The notes: generated from the sequence alone by a model not told the origin. Numbered from the whole stretch's first letter, positions 40,711 through 51,986 are shown. The stretch: 63,566 nucleotides of DNA, filler included, from Reclinomonas americana ATCC 50394 (GCA_048213135.1; 26 parts of 26 records of this genome joined end to end with filler, not necessarily neighbours in it), one strand, 5' to 3'. Made by a program: numbers and translations.

Positions 40711-41195
40711 AGATCGCCTCGCGCGCGGCGCCGGTGATCGTCGTCACCGGCCATCAGCAGGACGAGGTCCGGGCCGTGCTCGCCGGGCTCGATGTCACCC
40801 TCGTGCACAACCCCGCCTTCGCAGATGGGCTCGCCGGCTCGCTCAAGGCCGGACTCGCGGCGCTGCCGAAGGAGGTGCCCGGCGTCGTCGTCTCGCTCGG
40901 CGACATGCCGAACGTCACCGCGGGGGTGATCGACCGGCTGGCCCAGGCCTTCGCCGATCGACCGGAGGCGCTCGCCGTGGCGCCGACCCTGCTCGGCCAG
41001 CGCGGCAATCCGGTATTGCTGGCGCGAAAGCTCTTTCCTGAGGTGGCCAAGCTCGACGGCGACCAGGGTGCGCGCCGCCTCCTCGATGCCGCTGGCGACG
41101 CGGTCGAGGAGATCGCGCTCGACGATCCCGCCATCGCACTCGACATCGATACGCCGGAAGCACTGCGAGCCTTGACGGGGCAGGGGCCGCGCTGA
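40711..41195 (+). CDS. Molybdenum cofactor cytidylyltransferase (MocA-like), C-terminal fragment
   Basis: VHNPAFADGLAGSLKAG, LGDMP, RGNPVL, LDGDQGAR, DIDTPE. Confidence 0.88.
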
Positions 41196-41199
41196 GCGC

Positions 41200-41943
41200 T
41201 CACCGCTTCCAGAGCAGGCCGAGCGTGAGATAGGCGCCAGCCTTCTCGTCGCTCGTCTTCTGGATGCCGCCGGCCAGGCGCCAGTCGAGGCCGAACAGGT
41301 GCAGGCCGGTGAGATGCAGGCCGAGCCGCAGCTTGTGATAGTCGCGCTCGCGATAGCTCTCGATCTCGGGGCCGAGATAGAGTTCGTCGATCAGCCGCCA
41401 GCCTCCGGCGAGGCGTCCCCAGTAACGGCCGCGATCGGCCGGGACCGCATAGGCGTTGGCCTGCAGCAGCCAGTTCTCGGCCGGCTTCGACCAGAGGTCG
41501 GCCTGCAGGCGCAGCGAGCCGCGCTGCTCGAAACTGCGCTCGTCGCGGGTCTCCCTATAGCGGGCCTCGATCTCGGGGCCGGCCGAGAGCGTCAGGAACG
41601 TATCGTCGATCCGCCATTCATAGCCGAGCAGGGCGTTGAACTCGGTCCTGTAGAGGTGCCCCTGCGTCGGCCTGCGCCGGGCTGGCTCGACGCTCGCGCC
41701 CCATTTCAGGCCGAGACGGAAGCCGCTGGCGTCGAGCCCGCCGCTGTCGCCGAACGCCCATTTCAGCCCGACCGAGCCATAGGTCTTGCTGGCATCGGCT
41801 TCGAGCGAGCCGAAGATCGCCAGCGAGAGTGGGCTGCGCTCCATCAGGGCCGGATCGGCTTTCGCGGGCGAGGAGGCGAGCGCGACCGCCGCGCCGAAAC
41901 CGCGCGCGAGCAGACCCCAACGCCCCGCGACCCCCCACGCCAC
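41200..41943 (-). CDS. Cellulose biosynthesis protein BcsS-like outer-membrane protein
   Basis: Signal peptide, GLDASGFRL, LGYEW, YLGPE, RLGLHLTG, beta-strand pattern. Confidence 0.65.
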   Translation of the reverse strand: MAWGVAGRWGLLARGFGAAVALASSPAKADPALMERSPLSLAIFGSLEADASKTYGSVGLKWAFGDSGGLDASGFRLGLKWGASVEPARRRPTQGHLYRTEFNALLGYEWRIDDTFLTLSAGPEIEARYRETRDERSFEQRGSLRLQADLWSKPAENWLLQANAYAVPADRGRYWGRLAGGWRLIDELYLGPEIESYRERDYHKLRLGLHLTGLHLFGLDWRLAGGIQKTSDEKAGAYLTLGLLWKR

Positions 41944-42083
41944 GCCAACGCCTCTCCCGCCGAATANNNNNNNNNNNNNNNNNNNNNNNNNNNNNNNNNN
42001 NNNNNNNNNNTTAATTAATTAANNNNNNNNNNNNNNNNNNNNNNNNNNNNNNNNNNNNNNNNNNNNGGGGAGAAGGGAGCTGC

Positions 42084-43154
42084 CTACTCCACCGCCCCAA
42101 CCAGTCGCTCCAGGAAGCCGTCGATCGCGGCCTTGTCGATCCAGCGCAGCACGGCGACGAGCTCGTGCTCGGGGTCGATCCAGATCAGGTTGTTGCCCGC
42201 TCCTTGCGCGCTGAAGGCGCTCGCCGGCAGCTTGGGATTGGCGGCCGGGCCGCGGTTCAGCCACCAGAGGAAGCCGTAATTCGGCAGGGTCGGCGAGGGC
42301 ACGACCGACTGCGCCAGCCAGGCGGACGGGATCAATTCGCGCCCGTCCCAGACGCCGTTCTGCGCGATCAGCTGGCCGAAGCGGGCATGGTCGCGGGCGC
42401 TGATGAAGAGGCCGCCGCCCCAATGGCCGCCGCCGGGGACCGACTGCATGCGCTGCCCGTCGATCTCGACCCATGAGGTCTCGTAGCCCTCCCAGCGCCA
42501 GCCTTGCGAGGCGCCGATCGGGTTCATGATCCGCTCGCGCAGCACCTGCGGCAGCGGCTTGCGGAAGCGGCGCAGCAGCGCGTAGCCGAGCGCGTTCACC
42601 CGGACGTCGTTGTATTCGTAGAGGCTGCCGGGCTCGCTGAGTTCGCGGCGCTGGCCTTTTCGGCTGTTGTCGGCGCCGATGCCGATCTGCCTGTAATGGT
42701 CGACCTGGTCGGATTTGCCAAAAATCTCGCCCTGCCATTCGCTGTTCATGTTGAGCAGATGGCGCCAGGTGATCTTCGCATTGTGCGGGCTGGAGAAATG
42801 CGGGCCGTCGACGCTCCTGCCCACCGGCTCGTCGATATCGGCGATCAGCCCGTCGGCGACGGCGAGGCCCGCCAGCACCGAGAGATAGCTCTTGGCGATC
42901 GAGAAGGTCATGTCGGCGCGCTCGACATCGCCCCATTCGGCGATCGTCTTGCCGCCCTGGAGCACGACGCCGGCCGGCCCGCCGCGCGGCTCGACCGGCC
43001 CGACGATCTCGGTCCAGGGACCCTTCTCGTCCCATTCGCGATTCCCGACATAGGCGCCGTCCGGATAGAACATGCTGCGCGGCCAGGGTGAATCATGCGC
43101 CTGCGCGAAGTCGATGGCGGCCTGGAGGCGGGCGGGGGAGAGGGAGCTGGGCAA
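42084..43154 (-). CDS. Serine hydrolase (beta-lactamase fold)
   Basis: FSIAKS (SxxK), ITWRHLLNM, YEYND (YxN), YGFLWW. Confidence 0.92.
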   Translation of the reverse strand: MPSSLSPARLQAAIDFAQAHDSPWPRSMFYPDGAYVGNREWDEKGPWTEIVGPVEPRGGPAGVVLQGGKTIAEWGDVERADMTFSIAKSYLSVLAGLAVADGLIADIDEPVGRSVDGPHFSSPHNAKITWRHLLNMNSEWQGEIFGKSDQVDHYRQIGIGADNSRKGQRRELSEPGSLYEYNDVRVNALGYALLRRFRKPLPQVLRERIMNPIGASQGWRWEGYETSWVEIDGQRMQSVPGGGHWGGGLFISARDHARFGQLIAQNGVWDGRELIPSAWLAQSVVPSPTLPNYGFLWWLNRGPAANPKLPASAFSAQGAGNNLIWIDPEHELVAVLRWIDKAAIDGFLERLVGAVE

Positions 43155-43286
43155 GGCGGGGACTCGGGAAGCGAGGAAATGACAGGNNNNNNNNNNNNNN
43201 NNNNNNNNNNNNNNNNNNNNNNNNNNNNNNTTAATTAATTAANNNNNNNNNNNNNNNNNNNNNNNNNNNNNNNNNNNNNNNNNNNN

Positions 43287-44105
43287 AATATCGCCTTCCA
43301 GCTTTTCAAGATCATGCTTTACTAACCAATTGCCATCAGAATCCACGTAAACTGCTGGTGTAAGTCGCCATATATTCCAGAAAACAACTGGATCTATTCT
43401 TTCTTTAATGAGGTTATTATCAATTTTTGTGAAATCAAGAACAATATAATCGAATGGCGATCTAACAAAATTGTTAATATAATCTATTGACCTTGCATGC
43501 AGAGGTGCTTCCGTTATCAGGCCAAAAAATTGGGTGCTAGCTTCTTTTTCGAGTGGCTTTATGTCAAATCTTTTCTCAAATTCTGTAAAGAAAGCTTTTC
43601 GGCAAGCTATTAGAGTTGCTGCAAAATCGCGCCTCTGATAAGACTCATCGGCCTCTGTAAGCAAGTCTCGGATGGTTTTATTTTCAACTAAGGAAATAAG
43701 GTTGATTGAAGTAAAGTCAACCCGAAATATAAGTTGTGTAGCCTCGCGAAGAAATTCTTGAACGACAGTTACGAGAGTTTCAATCTCTTTCGCGTCGGGC
43801 GGAAGCGCATCGTGTTTTGCAGCTACTCTCAGCTTGTTTAGCTGGATCAGGCGCAGTCGAAACGGGAGGTTGCTGGGCGTGAGCTTCTCGTCAATTTTAT
43901 CCAGATAGGTAACGAAGTCAGTCCGCTTTTCGATCTTTGCGTTCATCTTCTCAGCAGCGGCTAAGAGAAAAATCTCTAATGCATCCTGAAGAAGATTGGC
44001 CGTCGCATAAGGCGCAAACTCATTATGCGCATGAGCGTGTTCCATCGCGTTGTTAAACAGGAAGCGCGATAGCATCAGACGCTTGATAATTGAGGGCGAC
44101 AGCAT
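43287..44105 (-). CDS. AT-rich hypothetical protein with HEPN-like motifs, 3'-truncated
   Basis: Sharp composition shift; LQDALE...LNKLRVAAKH (R-x4-H). Confidence 0.7.
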
Positions 44106-44283
44106 CAAGCAGATTCCACGGTGACAATGTCGTACAACTGTCGACGACGACGTTCAATCAGGCAAGGTGGTCTAAAATGATACAGAGGCCCATCTGTCGT
44201 GCGATTGATCGGGCCATAAGCGTTGCGGTCTTGTAGTGCAAGATCAATCGCTCTACCGGCGCTAAGCGCGCACGCTGCCACCC

Positions 44284-45033
44284 TCACTCCTCCATCATCG
44301 TCTCCACGAACGTCGCCGGGTCCAGGCAGAACTCGCGGATGAGTTTGAAATGCCGGGTCTGCTCGATCGTCACCGGATCGAGCCCGTATTTGCTCAAGGC
44401 CAGCAGGCGGGCGCTGGGATAGGCCATCAGGATCGGGGCGTGCGTCGCCATGATCACCTGGCACTGGCCGAGCCGGTCCATGCGGCGCAGCAGCTTGAGG
44501 AATTCGATCTGGCGGGCCGGCGACAGCGCCGATTCCGGCTCGTCGAAGATGAAGATGCCGCGCCGCTGGCAGCGTTCCTCGAAGACGCGCAAAAAACCCT
44601 CGCCATGCGAATGGGAGAGGAAATCGGGGCCGTCCGCGCCGCCGACGCCGTCGAGATAGCGCGCCACCGAGAAGAAGCTCTCGGCCCTGAAGAACCAGCC
44701 ATCGGTGACTTTCGGCAGCCAGCTCGCCCTGAGCGAACGGGCAAGCGCGCCGCCCATGGCCTCGACCGCCTGGGCATGATCGACCGGGCGATAGCCCTTG
44801 CCGCCGCCGGCCTCGTCATAGCCGGCGAGCACGGCGATGCCTTCGAGCAGCGTCGATTTTCCGGTGCCGTTCTCGCCGACGATGATGGTGATCGGCCTGT
44901 CGAAGGAGAGCTCGAATTCCTCGCGCAGGAAGGGCAGGCACCAGGGATAGGCGTCGGCGTCCGGCACGGCGTCGCGGTCGAGCCAGATGCGCCTGAGATA
45001 AGGCGCGGGCAGGTGGGTCTGGGTTCGTCGCAT
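44284..45033 (-). CDS. Stand-alone ABC/AAA-type ATPase
   Basis: GENGTGKSTLLE, FFRAESFF, SHGEGF, IFDEPESALSP, MATHAP. Confidence 0.92.
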   Translation of the reverse strand: MRRTQTHLPAPYLRRIWLDRDAVPDADAYPWCLPFLREEFELSFDRPITIIVGENGTGKSTLLEGIAVLAGYDEAGGGKGYRPVDHAQAVEAMGGALARSLRASWLPKVTDGWFFRAESFFSVARYLDGVGGADGPDFLSHSHGEGFLRVFEERCQRRGIFIFDEPESALSPARQIEFLKLLRRMDRLGQCQVIMATHAPILMAYPSARLLALSKYGLDPVTIEQTRHFKLIREFCLDPATFVETMMEE

Positions 45034-45089
45034 CGGGGCTCGCGGGCGGGGTGGGGCAGTCAGTAGGTACCATGTTTGACGAAACCGCG

Positions 45090-45202
45090 AGTCATCCCGG
45101 ACAAGCGGCGAAGCCGCGCTGATCCGGGATCCATGCCTGAACCTCTATCGGGACTGTTCCGGAATGGGGCCCGGGTCTGCGCTGCGCTCCGCCCGGGACG
45201 AC
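45090..45202. repeat. REP-like palindromic element
   Basis: gtcatcccgga...tccggga...cccgggacgac nested inverted repeats. Confidence 0.7.
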
Positions 45203-45705
45203 CCGCGCTGAAATAGTGAAGGCCACGAAACGATCGACCATGCGTGATGCCCCGCCGGCTCGGCGCCGCGAGGGTTTGATGCTGGTCGCCATCCGAGGGA
45301 GGCGCGGGGTCAAGGCGGCGTCGCAGTCGACGGCTGCGTGCCGAATGTCGATGTCGATGATGTCGAGGCAGCGCCACTGGCCACTGCCCTAACCCCGCGC
45401 GCGGTTCTCTTTCGAGCTCTCGCCGTGTGTTGCGTCCGGCTGGACCGGGGTGCCTGCCCCGAACGACGAAACCCCTCCGTGGTGGAACGAGCCGGCCGGC
45501 CGCAAAGTGGATCGCACTCTGCGCGGCCGAGCTCGTTCGAGCTTGCGACGCTCCTTCGCCACGGACACCGCTCTCCCGCCCGGCCTCTCGACGCCTCGCG
45601 AAGCCNNNNNNNNNNNNNNNNNNNNNNNNNNNNNNNNNNNNNNNNNNNNTTAATTAATTAANNNNNNNNNNNNNNNNNNNNNNNNNNNNNNNNNNNNNNN
45701 NNNNN

Positions 45706-46749
45706 CGCTTGCCCGCGCCATCCTTGATCAGCGCGCCCGCGCCGGTGAAGGTGGAGGAGATGCCGATATCATGGCCATCCGTGTCGATGACCAGGCCGTT
45801 CGCGCCGATGGTGATGGTGCGGGTGTCGAAACCTGCGAAGAAATTGGGATTGTCCGCTGTGGTGCGCAGGAGGCCGCCATCGAAGGTGACGCTGACCGCG
45901 CCATCGCCACCGAAGATCCGTCTGGTTTCAAGAACGCCGCGATTATTCGCCGTGCCCTGCAGAAGCAGCGTCCCACCGGACCCCGAGGCAACGCCGAGCA
46001 GAACACCGCCTTCGGCGCGAACCTTCCCGCCATTCTCGATGGTCAGCGAGCCGGTGCCGATATTGCCGATGGTCAGGCTGTACGGTGACATCGACCATGT
46101 CGACCCCGCGCCTGTCACTGTGACCGTGCCGGTGTCGTTGGCGCCGATATAGCCCTGATTGCTGGTGACGATTGCGCCGTCTTCGATACGCAAGGTGCCT
46201 GGGCCGAAGCTGCCGACGGTGAACTGTCCGGTATTGGTCCAGCTTGTGCCCGCGCCGGTCAATACAGCGTCGCCGCGTGTGTCGCTGCCGATGACGCCAT
46301 ACGCGCTCGAAATCGTCGCACCGCCCTCGGCGCGCAAAGTTCCTGTCGAACCTACTGTGCCGTACACGCCGACGACCAGTTGGCCGCTGTTCTGCCAGGA
46401 CGAGCCCTGTCCGCTGATCAAGGCGTTGCTGCCGCCGCCGATGTTGCCAACGACATTTGAAACCCGGCCACCATTCCGGATCTCCAGTGTTCCGGTGCCG
46501 TCATATCCGACATAGAGATTACCGGCATTGGTCCAGGTCGAGGCCGTGCCGTTGCTGCCGACGCCGGAAACCGTGACCGTGCCCTGGCTGCCGGGATTGT
46601 AACCGATGTAGCCGCCGAGGCTGCTGACCGCGCCACCATTCAGGATGCTCAGCGTTCCGGCGCCGGCGCCGTCAAATCCGACATAGAGCTCGAAGGCGTT
46701 GGTCCAGGTCGAGGCCGTGCCGTTGCTGCCGACGCCCGAAACCGTGACC
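45706..46749 (-). CDS. Autotransporter passenger, internal fragment
   Basis: Repeated TVTVSGxG..STWTN..LxVG..GTLxIxNGG; ~50-bp direct repeat near 46528 and 46699. Confidence 0.88.
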
Positions 46750-46849
46750 NNNNNNNNNNNNNNNNNNNNNNNNNNNNNNNNNNNNNNNNNNNNTTAATTA
46801 ATTAANNNNNNNNNNNNNNNNNNNNNNNNNNNNNNNNNNNNNNNNNNNN

Positions 46850-47262
46850 TTGCTGACCGCGCCGCCATTCAGGATGCTCAGGGAGCCGGACCCGGATTGA
46901 CCTATGGTGAGGTCACCGTTGTTGGTCCAGGTGGATGCGTTGCCGCTGCCGTCGGCGCCCGAGACCGTGACCGTGCCGTTGCTGCCAATGCCATTACCGA
47001 TCGTGCCGAAATCATTGGTCACGGTTCCGCCGGCGGTGATGTCGAGCTGGCCAATGCCGGTATTGCCGACAGTCAGATCTCCGGTAATCGTCCAGTTCGG
47101 CGTCTGGACAGAGCCAGGACTCAAATCGCCGAGGCCCGTGACCGGTTGCGCGCGCGCCGGAAGGCCGGTGGCGCAGGCCAGCGCAGCAAGCGCGGTCGTC
47201 TGCAACAGGGCTCGGCGATAGCTGCGAGCGGCAGTGCCGCCTCCCATGAGTTCTCTCGCCAT
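46850..47262 (-). CDS. Autotransporter N-terminus (probably the same gene as 45706-46749)
   Basis: RRALLQTTALAALACATGLPARA signal peptide; same repeat type. Confidence 0.85.
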
Positions 47263-47659
47263 CGCGCTCCCCGGCCGACGATCTCCAAACGTGGTCAGCT
47301 ACTTCACATGGACGCGACAGGTAGCCGTGAATTCAACCGAATAGAGAATCGACGATGACGGTAATTCATAAATTGTTATCCAAGAATTAAATGGAGGTGG
47401 GGGGACCCTCCCGGCATTCTGCGCGGCGAATAACCGCAACCCTCATCATTCAGGCCTTGGCGTTGCCTCCGGCGAGACATGGCCGGGCGTGATTGGCGCG
47501 AAATGGCAAGACGGGCAGGCTGCTCATGCACGAAATGCTCGCGACGACATCCCCGGCCGAGCGGATCACGGGCATCTTCCGCCCAAAGCCGACGATCAGC
47601 CGAAGCGCGGGCGCTGGCCAATCCGGCCTCGCCGGGTGAGCAATGGATAAAAGACGCCG

Positions 47660-48501
47660 ATGAGGTACGGTTTGATGCGAACGACGCTGATCTATGGCCT
47701 GGGTTTCCTGGCTTTGGCGCCATGCGCGGCGAGCGCGCAGCCGGTTCCTGTCAATGTCGGCAACTTCAAGCGAGCCGAGAGCGATTTCTATATGCGCAAG
47801 ACGGCCGACGCCGGCGCCCTCGGCAAGTTCGCGCATAGCAGGACGCCGACGCCGATCGACAACCAGCCCGTGGTCCGGATGAACCGGGATACGCTCTATT
47901 CCCAGGCGCTCTTCGACCTCGACGCCGGCCCGGTGACCATCACTCTTCCCGATGCCGGCAAGCGCTTCGTCTCGATGCAAGTCATCAGCGAAGACCATTA
48001 CACCCCCATGGTGGTCTACAGGCCGGGCCGCACGACGCTCACCAGGGACAAGGTCGGAACGCGCTATGTGTTCGTCGCGGTCCGTATCCTTGTCGACCCC
48101 AATGACGCCAAGGACCTCGCGCAGGTTCACGCGCTGCAGGATGCGCTGAAGGTGGAGCAGACATCGGCCGGCAAGTTCGAGACGCCGAATTGGGACCTGG
48201 CGCAACAGAAGAAGATCCGTGATGCGCTCGAAGCCCTGTCCGCCGCATCAGGCAGCTTTGCCAACGCATTCGGCCCGAAGGGAAAGGTCGATCCGGTGAT
48301 GCACCTGATCGGCACGGCCGCCGGCTGGGGCGGCAACCCCGACAAGGACGCATCCTACCCTTCATTCACCCCAGCCAGGAGCGACGGCAAGACGGTCTAC
48401 AAGCTCAGGGTCAAGGATGTTCCCGTCGACGCGTTCTGGTCGATCAGCGTCTATGACGACAAGGGCTTCTTCCGGAAGAACGATTACGACGCCTATTCGG
48501 T
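47660..48501 (+). CDS. DUF1254/DUF1214 periplasmic protein (likely C-terminus at 48602-48654)
   Basis: NFKRAESD, VVRMNRDTLYS, GTAAGWGG, VPVDAFWSISVY. Confidence 0.85.
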
Positions 48502-48800
48502 NNNNNNNNNNNNNNNNNNNNNNNNNNNNNNNNNNNNNNNNNNNNTTAATTAATTAANNNNNNNNNNNNNNNNNNNNNNNNNNNNNNNNNNNNNNNNNNN
48601 NCGGAGATCCTGAACGGCACGTGGAAGATGCCGGAGGCGCAGCCTGCTTCGTAACAGGCCATCCGCCCTGGCCGCTGAGGCCGCGGTTCTGTCCCGGCGG
48701 TAACGGGCGCCCTCATGCAGGGCGTCCAGAACGCTCTCCGGGTTCACCATCCGTTTGGCACCGACAGGAATGTCGTCGACTTCCACGCGAGACTGAGACC

Positions 48801-50603
48801 ATGGCTGCCGACTTGCGGACCGACGAGCTCGAGGCTGCAACCGCGATGCTCCATCGTTTCTCGATGCTGATCGAGGACGGTCTGGCGGCGCGATTCTCCG
48901 GATGGCTCTCTTCCCGCGAGGCATGGCACGATTTCATCAAGGGGCTGGAGGCTGCCGGTTATCGTCCCGCATTGCTCGCTCTCAGCGTCCTGGCGATTTG
49001 CCTCCTTGCCATCGCTGCCACGGCTGCGGCTGGCCGTTCCATGACGGCCGGATTGAAGGCTCGGCCATTTCTGTCCGCTGCGGCCTGGTTCGCGGCCACC
49101 CTGCTCGTGGTGCTGACGTTCTGGGTCCTGCTGCTGAGCCTCGTCCCCGATCCAGTGCTCCGCCGCGCCTTGTTGAACTGCGTCGTGATCTCGGCCGCGG
49201 CGACAACGATATGTTTTCCCTTGGCCATGGGTCGCAGGTCGATCTTCTCGCGTTGGCGGCGTGATCTCGCCGTCGCGATTGGCCTCGCCTGCGGCGGCCT
49301 GTTGGTGCTGGCCTGTCTGCGCGTATGGAATGCGGCCGATCCGCTACGCGATCTCTTCGCTACATTCGCGGTGTCTTTGCCGTTCACGGTCCTGGTCGCA
49401 GCGGCGTATCTTCGTCATCGCGAACTGGTCACGAGGGCTCTCTCCTTCGGCAGCAGGGCAGGCTCCCTGCGCCGGAAGCTGGCGGCAATTTGGCCCTGGC
49501 TCGCGGTCGCGATCGTCACACTCGCCTTCGTCTTCATCCAGCTGGATTTGACGATCGGAAGACCGACGCGCGGGGGATTGCTGCTGATTTCGCTTCTTCT
49601 GGCTCTCGCCGCCCCCCATCTCGACATCGCCATCGAAAGGCGCGGCTGGCTGGTGGCTCGATCGCGGGGAGGCGAACTGGCCGGCGCGCTGTGGCGGACG
49701 TTCCGCATCGTGGTCGCCTCATCGATCCTCGCGGTCTTGGCGATGCTCTGGCTGCTGCCCATTCTGGACGTCGTCGGTATTGCGCGTGGCACCGTCGTGT
49801 TGAAGGCCGCCGAGATCCTGATGCTCGTGCTGGTCATCGCCTTCTGCTGGAACTGGGTGGCGATCGTGACCGCGCGCATCAAACCCCATGCGTCGGGCGA
49901 TCCCCATGGCAGCACCGCCGTGATCGGCACGCGACTGACCACTGTCGGCCCGCTGCTCGTGGGTCTCACCAAGGCCGCGCTTCTGACGCTGGGGGCTCTG
50001 ACCGTTCTGGTCATGTTGGGCATCAATGTCTGGCCGCTGATCACCGGTCTCTCGATCTTCGGCCTGGCGATCGGTCTCGGCTCCCAGACCTTGGTCAAGG
50101 ATGTGGTGGCCGGTCTGTTCTTCCTCGTCGACGACGCCTTCCGCCACGGCGAGTACATCGAGACCTCGGGGGCCAAGGGCACTGTCGAGAGAATCTCGCT
50201 GCGCTCGGTCTCCTTGAGGCATCCGCGGGGGCCGGTTGCGACGATTCCCTTCGGGCAGATCGGGAAGATCCAGAACTTCAGCCGCGAATGGGTCGTCGAG
50301 AAGATGCTGTTCCGCGTGGCTTTGGACACCGATGTCGAAGCCGTGCGAAAACTGTTCAAGAAGATCGGGCAGGAGGTCGCGGCGGATCCGGATCTGAACG
50401 CCGATCTCATCGAGCCGTTCAAGAGCCAGGGCATCGCCGCCCTCGAGGAAGGCACTCTGGTGATCCGCGGCAAATACAAGGCCCGGGCCGGGCGGCAATT
50501 CCAGATCCGCAAGGCGATCCTCTCCAAGGTGCGGACCACGCTCGCGGAGAACGACATCAAGCTGGTGCCGAAGCCGCTTCACGTCCCGCAAATGGGTGGA
50601 TGA
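48801..50603 (+). CDS. MscS-family mechanosensitive channel
   Basis: Many TM helices; GLAIGLGSQTLVKDVVAG, GTVERISLRS, TIPFG. Confidence 0.9.
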   Translation: MAADLRTDELEAATAMLHRFSMLIEDGLAARFSGWLSSREAWHDFIKGLEAAGYRPALLALSVLAICLLAIAATAAAGRSMTAGLKARPFLSAAAWFAATLLVVLTFWVLLLSLVPDPVLRRALLNCVVISAAATTICFPLAMGRRSIFSRWRRDLAVAIGLACGGLLVLACLRVWNAADPLRDLFATFAVSLPFTVLVAAAYLRHRELVTRALSFGSRAGSLRRKLAAIWPWLAVAIVTLAFVFIQLDLTIGRPTRGGLLLISLLLALAAPHLDIAIERRGWLVARSRGGELAGALWRTFRIVVASSILAVLAMLWLLPILDVVGIARGTVVLKAAEILMLVLVIAFCWNWVAIVTARIKPHASGDPHGSTAVIGTRLTTVGPLLVGLTKAALLTLGALTVLVMLGINVWPLITGLSIFGLAIGLGSQTLVKDVVAGLFFLVDDAFRHGEYIETSGAKGTVERISLRSVSLRHPRGPVATIPFGQIGKIQNFSREWVVEKMLFRVALDTDVEAVRKLFKKIGQEVAADPDLNADLIEPFKSQGIAALEEGTLVIRGKYKARAGRQFQIRKAILSKVRTTLAENDIKLVPKPLHVPQMGG

Positions 50604-50721
50604 GCTGGTCTTCTGCCTGCGTTCAGGCATCGGAACCGCAAAGGCTTCGACTCAGCTGACGGCAAGGGCGGCATCGTCCTTGCCGCTATTGTTTTGGCGA
50701 AAGCAGCGGTCTGCCGGGTGC

Positions 50722-51048
50722 TTACTTGACCGCGGAGAAGGCCGTGGGCGCCAAAATCTGGCTGACGATGTTCTCAATAATCTCGCCGTCCGCTTCGCTC
50801 CTGGTGCGTGCCTCGGCCCAGTCCGGGTCGGTCGCGAACGCCGTCCATTTCGTCTCGCGCTCGGCGAGCGATTCCCAGGCCAGGAAATAGGTCAGCTCCT
50901 GATTGGACGCCCCGATCAGCGTGGTGAAGAAGCCGGCTGGCCGGATGCCGTGCTTGTCCCACAGCTTCAGCGTGGCCTTCTCGAAGCGGTCGAGCAAAGC
51001 CGGCAGCCGGCCGGGCAGGCAGCGATAGACGCGCATTTCGTAGATCAT
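50722..51048 (-). CDS. NIPSNAP family protein
   Basis: MIYEMRVYRCLPGRLPALLDRF...WESLAERE...FATDPDW. Confidence 0.92.
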   Translation of the reverse strand: MIYEMRVYRCLPGRLPALLDRFEKATLKLWDKHGIRPAGFFTTLIGASNQELTYFLAWESLAERETKWTAFATDPDWAEARTRSEADGEIIENIVSQILAPTAFSAVK

Positions 51049-51152
51049 TGAAAATCGCTTTCTGTCGTTGGCCTTGCGGCAAGCGATATGCCGCAGCGTG
51101 GTCTGCCCGCCTGAATGGCGCGATCCTGCTCGCGCTGGCGCAGTAGCGGATT

Positions 51153-51452
51153 CTATCCCCGCCGGTGCTCGACCTTGGGCAGGAACCACGCCAGCAGCCC
51201 GATTGCCGGCAGGAAGGCGCAGATCCGGTAGACCGCCTCGATGCCGATCCAGTCGGCGACCTCGCCGAGGATCGCCGCCGCGAGCCCGCCGAGGCCGAAG
51301 GAGAGGCCGTAGAACAGCCCGCCGATCAGGCCGATCCGGCCCGGCATCAGCTCCATCGCGTAGATCAGGATGGCGGCGAAGGAGCTCGCCATGATCAGGT
51401 TGATCACCACGGTCAGCACGCCGGTCCAGAACAGGTCGGCGAAGGGCAGGAT
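51153..51452 (-). CDS. MFS transporter (Fsr-like), C-terminal fragment
   Basis: YAMELMPGRIGLIGGLFYGLSFGLGG, VYRICAFLP. Confidence 0.85.
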   Translation of the reverse strand: MLPFADLFWTGVLTVVINLIMASSFAAILIYAMELMPGRIGLIGGLFYGLSFGLGGLAAAILGEVADWIGIEAVYRICAFLPAIGLLAWFLPKVEHRRG

Positions 51453-51552
51453 NNNNNNNNNNNNNNNNNNNNNNNNNNNNNNNNNNNNNNNNNNNNTTAA
51501 TTAATTAANNNNNNNNNNNNNNNNNNNNNNNNNNNNNNNNNNNNNNNNNNNN

Positions 51553-51736
51553 CCATCTCGGCGATGGTGGTCAGGCTATGGCTGAAGAGCAATCCGGGCT
51601 GGCGCTGGAAGGCCAGCGCGACGTCGAGCGGCGAGGGCAGGATGTAGCGCGGCGGCTGGAACAGAAGGACCGCGCCTTGCCACGCCAGGAGCAGGACGAG
51701 AATCGTGCGCAGGGCAGCGGCGAGCGGGGCCACCAT
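51553..51736 (-). CDS. NitT/TauT-type ABC permease (thiamine-precursor uptake, ThiX-like), N-terminal fragment
   Basis: WQGAV...YILPSP; lies directly downstream of the TPP riboswitch. Confidence 0.75.
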
Positions 51737-51839
51737 AGGCCTCGCGGAAGCCGAGTGCCGCTCTGTCGCGCCCTGCGTCGTCAAGGTCCGCCTTTCCGGT
51801 GGAAGGCGGCGCGGGGACAAGCGTTTGCGAGGCTGCCCC

Positions 51840-51924
51840 GAGCGACTCCCTCCGCCAGCATGATCTGGTTCAGGTTCGAAGGGTGCTTCTCAGCTCGCCT
51901 CCCGGCGAACGCCCCCGTCTCTCG
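51840..51924 (-). ncRNA. TPP riboswitch (THI box)
   Basis: GGGGCG...GCTGAGA..ACCCTTCGAACCTGAACCAGATCATGCTGGCGGAGGGA conserved core; thiamine-gene context. Confidence 0.93.
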
Positions 51925-51986
51925 TAAGCGCTTGTGGCAAGAAAGGCTTGCGCCTGTCACGCCTGTCTCAGGCCGCAGCTCGCGGC

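Noticed and set aside
42084..43154. Antibiotic-resistance beta-lactamase
   Set aside because: No signal peptide; SxxK/YxN fits the broad esterase/amidase family, so resistance cannot be claimed.
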